Shown here in pieces: positions 33,501 to 37,108 of a stretch of 37,108 bases of DNA. Source of the stretch: a virus (lineage: Duplodnaviria > Caudoviricetes); IMG/VR virus record IMGVR_UViG_3300031464_000088, positions 1-37,108 of that record, one strand, 5' to 3'. Below the pieces are notes generated by a model that saw nothing but the letters and a program-made list of their open reading frames with translations, was not told the origin of the DNA and did not search any database. The translations under genes and the position numbers were made by a program. Numbering within the stretch: position 1 is the first letter of the stretch; each line of letters begins with the position of its first letter.

Positions 33501-35015
33501 ATGGCATACTCTTTCGCAGATTGGCAGGACGGCAAGAAACCGCCCAAAGGATGGGACGGCGCTGATGCCGTTCGTGACGGCTGGAGCAAGAAAGAGATCG
33601 ACGCGTTCATGCGCGCGACGGCTAAGCCGTGGGTTCCCGAGACGCCACCGGAAAAGCCGGTGGATGAGCGCCAAGAGCATCCGGCTCCGCTCCCTGCCCC
33701 AACTCCATTGCCGGCAAGGCCGGTTCGTGAGGCTCGCACGACGCAGCAAGCGCGGCCTGAGCAGGCGACTGTCACCGACATTCGAACGCGCGTCACGGTC
33801 AAGGCCGATGACCACTGGAAAGCGGGCTGCATCTTCAATCAGGACGGGACCAAGCTAAAGCCTAACCTAACGAGGAATTGGGCGCTCTACCTTGAGCATC
33901 ATCGCGATATGGCTGGCGTTCTGGCGTTCGACGAGTTCAGGCTTCGCGTCATGCTGATGAAGCCGCCGCCCTGGGAACCAAAAGATGAACCGTGGACGCC
34001 GCGTCCGATCCAGGATCGCGACCATAGCGAGGCAGTGATGTGGCTGGAGATGAAGGGCATGACGCCCAAAGCCTCGCAAATCGTTGCGGTCATCGAGGCG
34101 GTTGCGCAACGCCACGCATTCGATCCATGGCGCGAATATCTTGAGGGCCTGAAATGGGACCGCACGCCGCGCCTGGAAACCTGGCTGACTTATTACTTGG
34201 GCGTCGAAGATACTCCTTATGCCCGCACTGTTGGGGTGCGTTGGTTGGTCTCCAGCGTCGCGCGTGGTTTGCAGCCCGGCTGCAAGGTGGACACCATGCC
34301 GATCCTGGAAGGGCCGCAAGGCGCGCAGAAATCGAAGGTCGTGCGTGTGCTGTACGATCCATTCTATTCTGACAACCTGTCCGATATCGGCTCGAAAGAT
34401 GCGAAGATGGAAATGCAGGGCGTCGCCGGCCTGGAAGTTGCCGAGATGCACAAGTTCAGCGCGGCTGAAGTCAACGAGGTCAAGAAGTTTCTTTCCCAAC
34501 AGGTTGACCGCTTTCGCCCGCCATACGGGCGTTCGATCATCGAAGCGCCGCGCCGTTGCATCATGATTGGGACGATCAACCCGGAAGGCAACGCCTATCT
34601 TCGCGATCCAACGGGCGCTCGCCGCTTCTGGCCGATCACAGTCGGCAAGATCGACATCGAGGGGATCGAGGCCGATCGCGATCAGCTATGGGCGGAATCC
34701 GTTCACCTGTTCAAGGCCGGCGTGCCGTGGTGGGTGCAAGAGGATGAGCAAGACGCTGTTGTCGCTGAGCAGGAGAAGCGCACAGACGTTGACGTATGGG
34801 TCGATCTCATCGCGCCGATGCTCGTTGGGCGGAAGGAAATTGCGCAGATCGACATCATCAGGGAACTCGGCATTCAGGCGAAAGACGCAGATTGGCGGCA
34901 TGCCGGCCGCATCGGCCGCATCATGAAGAAGCTCGGCTGGTCGGCCCATCGCGACCGTCGCTCTGGAGAGGATCGCGTTGTCTTCCGCCGGCCGTTATCG
35001 GCAGACGATTGGTAA
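33501..35015 (+). CDS. VapE (virulence-associated E) family replicative helicase with an N-terminal TOPRIM-terminal fragment
   Basis: FDP..EYL..L.WD..PRL, PGCK.D.M..LEG.QG..KS (Walker A), D.FRPPYGR, GT.N and YL.DPTG.RRFWP motifs; N-terminal PKGWDGADA. Confidence 0.92.
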   Translation: MAYSFADWQDGKKPPKGWDGADAVRDGWSKKEIDAFMRATAKPWVPETPPEKPVDERQEHPAPLPAPTPLPARPVREARTTQQARPEQATVTDIRTRVTVKADDHWKAGCIFNQDGTKLKPNLTRNWALYLEHHRDMAGVLAFDEFRLRVMLMKPPPWEPKDEPWTPRPIQDRDHSEAVMWLEMKGMTPKASQIVAVIEAVAQRHAFDPWREYLEGLKWDRTPRLETWLTYYLGVEDTPYARTVGVRWLVSSVARGLQPGCKVDTMPILEGPQGAQKSKVVRVLYDPFYSDNLSDIGSKDAKMEMQGVAGLEVAEMHKFSAAEVNEVKKFLSQQVDRFRPPYGRSIIEAPRRCIMIGTINPEGNAYLRDPTGARRFWPITVGKIDIEGIEADRDQLWAESVHLFKAGVPWWVQEDEQDAVVAEQEKRTDVDVWVDLIAPMLVGRKEIAQIDIIRELGIQAKDADWRHAGRIGRIMKKLGWSAHRDRRSGEDRVVFRRPLSADDW

Positions 35016-35216
35016 GAGGGCCGCTCCGGCTCATTCCGATGCGGCCCCCTATCCCCGGTTTTCTGTGATTGCGCTGGGGTCATGAATTGGCCCTAAGCGG
35101 CCCAGCGCCGTTCTCCACGGACGATCATCAGCATTTTTGCCCAATCTCCCCCGGCCTGATTGGGAAGGATACCCGCGTCGGGCATTCGTCTCGGACAACT
35201 ATCGCCGCGCAATGGT

Positions 35217-35235
35217 TGTTGTGGTTTACACAACA
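35217..35235. promoter_or_regulatory. Operator upstream of the endolysin gene
   Basis: TGTTGTGGTTTACACAACA (TGTTGTG-N5-CACAACA), ending 14 nt before the ATG. Confidence 0.65.
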
Positions 35236-35249
35236 GCAGGAATTGACCA

Positions 35250-36017
35250 ATGGCTGCGAAGAACTTCGATGCGTGCCTGGCTGTGACGCTGGCACACGAA
35301 GGCGGCTGGTCGGATCATCCGGCCGATCCCGGCGGCGCAACGATGAAAGGCATCACGATCGGGCGCTTTCGCCAGTATTATCCGAACGCGACGAAGACTG
35401 ATCTGCGCAACATCTCTGACGCGATGCTGCGGAAGATTTATCACGACGATTACTGGCTGCCGGTGCGTGGCGAGGATCTTCCCCACGGGGTCGATCTCGC
35501 GACCTTCGATTTCGGCGTCAACTCGGGACCGTCGCGTGGCGCGCGATATCTCCAATGGGTTGTCGGCACGAAGCAGGACGGCGTGATCGGGCCTCAGACG
35601 CTAAAGGCGACGATCCTCGCCGATGGCAAGGCCGTCATTCAGAAGCTCTGCGCTCGCCGGCTATCGTTCGTCCAGGGACTGAAGACGTTTCGCGTCTTCG
35701 GCCGCGGCTGGTCGCGTCGTATCGCCGATGTCGAGGCCAAGGCTGTCGCCATGTGGCTCGCCAAGGGCGCGGGCCTTTCGGCTGCGGCACGCAAGCAGCT
35801 CGCAGAGGAAGCGGCCAAGGCGGACAGGAAGTCGAAGCAGCAGAGCACCGGGGCCGGCGGTGTCGGTGCCGGTGGCGGCGGTGTGGTGGCCGTGGGTGAA
35901 CCGAACTGGCTGCTGATCGCTCTGCTGGTCCTGCTCGCCATTGCCGGCGTCGCTCTGGTGATCAAAGCGCGGCAGAACAGGGACCGCGCCGAAGCCTACC
36001 GGGCGGCAATGAGCTGA
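35250..36017 (+). CDS. GH108 lysozyme (endolysin) with PG-binding region and C-terminal TM helix
   Basis: HEGG.SDHPADPGGAT.KGIT, FD.GVNSG..R, DG.IGP.T and F.RGW.RR motifs; C-terminal WLLIALLVLLAIAGVALVI. Confidence 0.92.
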   Translation: MAAKNFDACLAVTLAHEGGWSDHPADPGGATMKGITIGRFRQYYPNATKTDLRNISDAMLRKIYHDDYWLPVRGEDLPHGVDLATFDFGVNSGPSRGARYLQWVVGTKQDGVIGPQTLKATILADGKAVIQKLCARRLSFVQGLKTFRVFGRGWSRRIADVEAKAVAMWLAKGAGLSAAARKQLAEEAAKADRKSKQQSTGAGGVGAGGGGVVAVGEPNWLLIALLVLLAIAGVALVIKARQNRDRAEAYRAAMS

Positions 36018-37108
36018 CGCTCCGAGCGGCGGCGGCGGGGCAACTGTCCGTTCCTGTGCAGGCGGATGTCGGGCGGGGTGGTCGCGAGCTGCAGCCACCT
36101 CCAGCCGGCATACTTGTCGCCGGACTGCTTGATGTGCGTGTAGCGTTTCAAGCTCGTCCATGACCGGTGCCCGGAGACGAGCGCGACGCGCGGGATGTCC
36201 CCGCCCAGCTCGAACAGCCGGCTGATCCCCTCGTGCCTCAGGTCATGGAACCTCAGATCCTCGATGCCAAGGAGGCGGCAGGCCCGCGTGAACGCCGCGC
36301 CGATCGCGTCCGTGGTGTAGGGGAAGATCTGATCGGCGATCCTCGGCATAGCCTGGATGATCCGCATGGCCTCGGGCGGCAGGTTGCACCACACATGGTT
36401 GCCCTGTTTCTCACCAGGGTTCTTCATGTCGCGCACGAGGATGCGGCTGTTCCGCTCGTCGAGGTCGCGCCATTCGATGCGAATGATTTCCTCCTGCCGG
36501 CGCGTCGAGAAGATGGCGAACGCCACGATGTGGACCATCGGCACGGATGTCGGGCGGCGTCGCTGCCGATCGGCGAAGTGGTGCATCAGCTTGTCCAGCT
36601 CGTCCAGCGTCGGGCGGCGGTCGCGCTCGTCGGACTTGGCGATCAGGCCGAGCCGCCTGCACACGAGCTGCGCGTCCTCCATCACCGCTCGGTCGAGGGG
36701 CATGCCCCAAGCGGCGCGGGCGATCGAGAACACGGATGCCAGGTGGCTGAGGTAGTTGCCGACGGTCGATGGCTTCCGGGCGGTGGCGAGCTCCTGGGCG
36801 AACGCCACGATGTCCGCGCTCGTAATGTCGGCGCACTCCATGGCCGCGAGGCTGTGCCCCTTGATCGTGTCGAGGACTTGGGCTTTGGTCTTGCCGATCC
36901 TTTTCAAGCTGTCTTCGGTGTATTTGTCGATGGCATCGGCAAGGGTGGCGCGTGGTCGCTTCGCACGCTCGATCTCGCCGGGCTGCTTTAGCTCCTTCTC
37001 GCGCTTGGCCGCCCATGCTACGGCTGCCGGCCTGCGGTCAAACGTTTTGCTCTCGCGGTGAATAATCTTACCGTTGGTCTTGACGACGATCTTCGCCATG
37101 AAGGCCAT
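35996..37108 (-). CDS. int: Tyrosine recombinase/integrase (5' end at or beyond the window edge)
   Basis: Catalytic residues R (TRRQEEI), K (MKNP), HDLRH, GH and Y (KRYTH). Confidence 0.93.
   Translation of the reverse strand: MAFMAKIVVKTNGKIIHRESKTFDRRPAAVAWAAKREKELKQPGEIERAKRPRATLADAIDKYTEDSLKRIGKTKAQVLDTIKGHSLAAMECADITSADIVAFAQELATARKPSTVGNYLSHLASVFSIARAAWGMPLDRAVMEDAQLVCRRLGLIAKSDERDRRPTLDELDKLMHHFADRQRRRPTSVPMVHIVAFAIFSTRRQEEIIRIEWRDLDERNSRILVRDMKNPGEKQGNHVWCNLPPEAMRIIQAMPRIADQIFPYTTDAIGAAFTRACRLLGIEDLRFHDLRHEGISRLFELGGDIPRVALVSGHRSWTSLKRYTHIKQSGDKYAGWRWLQLATTPPDIRLHRNGQLPRRRRSERQLIAAR

Larger units (their letters stand above)
1..37108. mobile_element. Temperate podovirus-like (epsilon15/BPP-1-like) prophage or phage, partial
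   Basis: Continuous phage gene order: head, short tail, ejection proteins, tailspike, holin-like genes, RecET, repressor/Cro, replication, endolysin, integrase. No host housekeeping genes and no att site visible. Confidence 0.95.

Noticed and set aside
1-37108. CRISPR array, IS element, rRNA, or virion RNA polymerase in the giant ORF
   Set aside because: No regularly spaced repeats, transposase or rRNA seen. No DxDGD-type or T7-type polymerase motif was recognised in the 3634-aa protein, although a structure search would be needed to exclude one.

Overview
The window is most of a temperate, podovirus-type (epsilon15/BPP-1-like) prophage or phage, probably from an alphaproteobacterial host (inferred from gene style). 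Terminase and portal lie outside the window to the left. From left to right it has a head module (scaffold, major capsid, Bbp16-like cement, epsilon15 gp10-like staple), a short-tail module (adaptor, nozzle) and ejection proteins. The ejection proteins include one with a VanY/M15 peptidase domain and a 3634-aa polyvalent protein. Next come a tailspike and three small membrane/holin-like genes, a leftward RecE/RecT operon, and an immunity region with a fMet-like tRNA(CAU), a repressor and a Cro-like gene. The rightward replication operon (SF2 helicase, DUF550, SSB, VRR-NUC, primase, VapE helicase) is followed by a GH108 endolysin and a tyrosine integrase. The most notable observations are: (1) the giant ejection protein looks like an array of effector cassettes (HExxH peptidases, an ART-like fold, a GNAT-like fold, unknown modules) ending in recurring hydrophobic-x-Q motifs; (2) a 19-bp palindromic operator recurs at 6-8 sites over about 11 kb, including the tRNA, primase and endolysin upstream regions; (3) the primase TOPRIM domain is split over two genes by a Zn-ribbon ORF; (4) an unannotated antisense 50-aa membrane protein lies among the ejection genes; (5) the initiator-like tRNA has atypical identity elements; (6) the repressor seems to lack the S24 catalytic serine. 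All family assignments come from motif recognition by eye, with no database searches.
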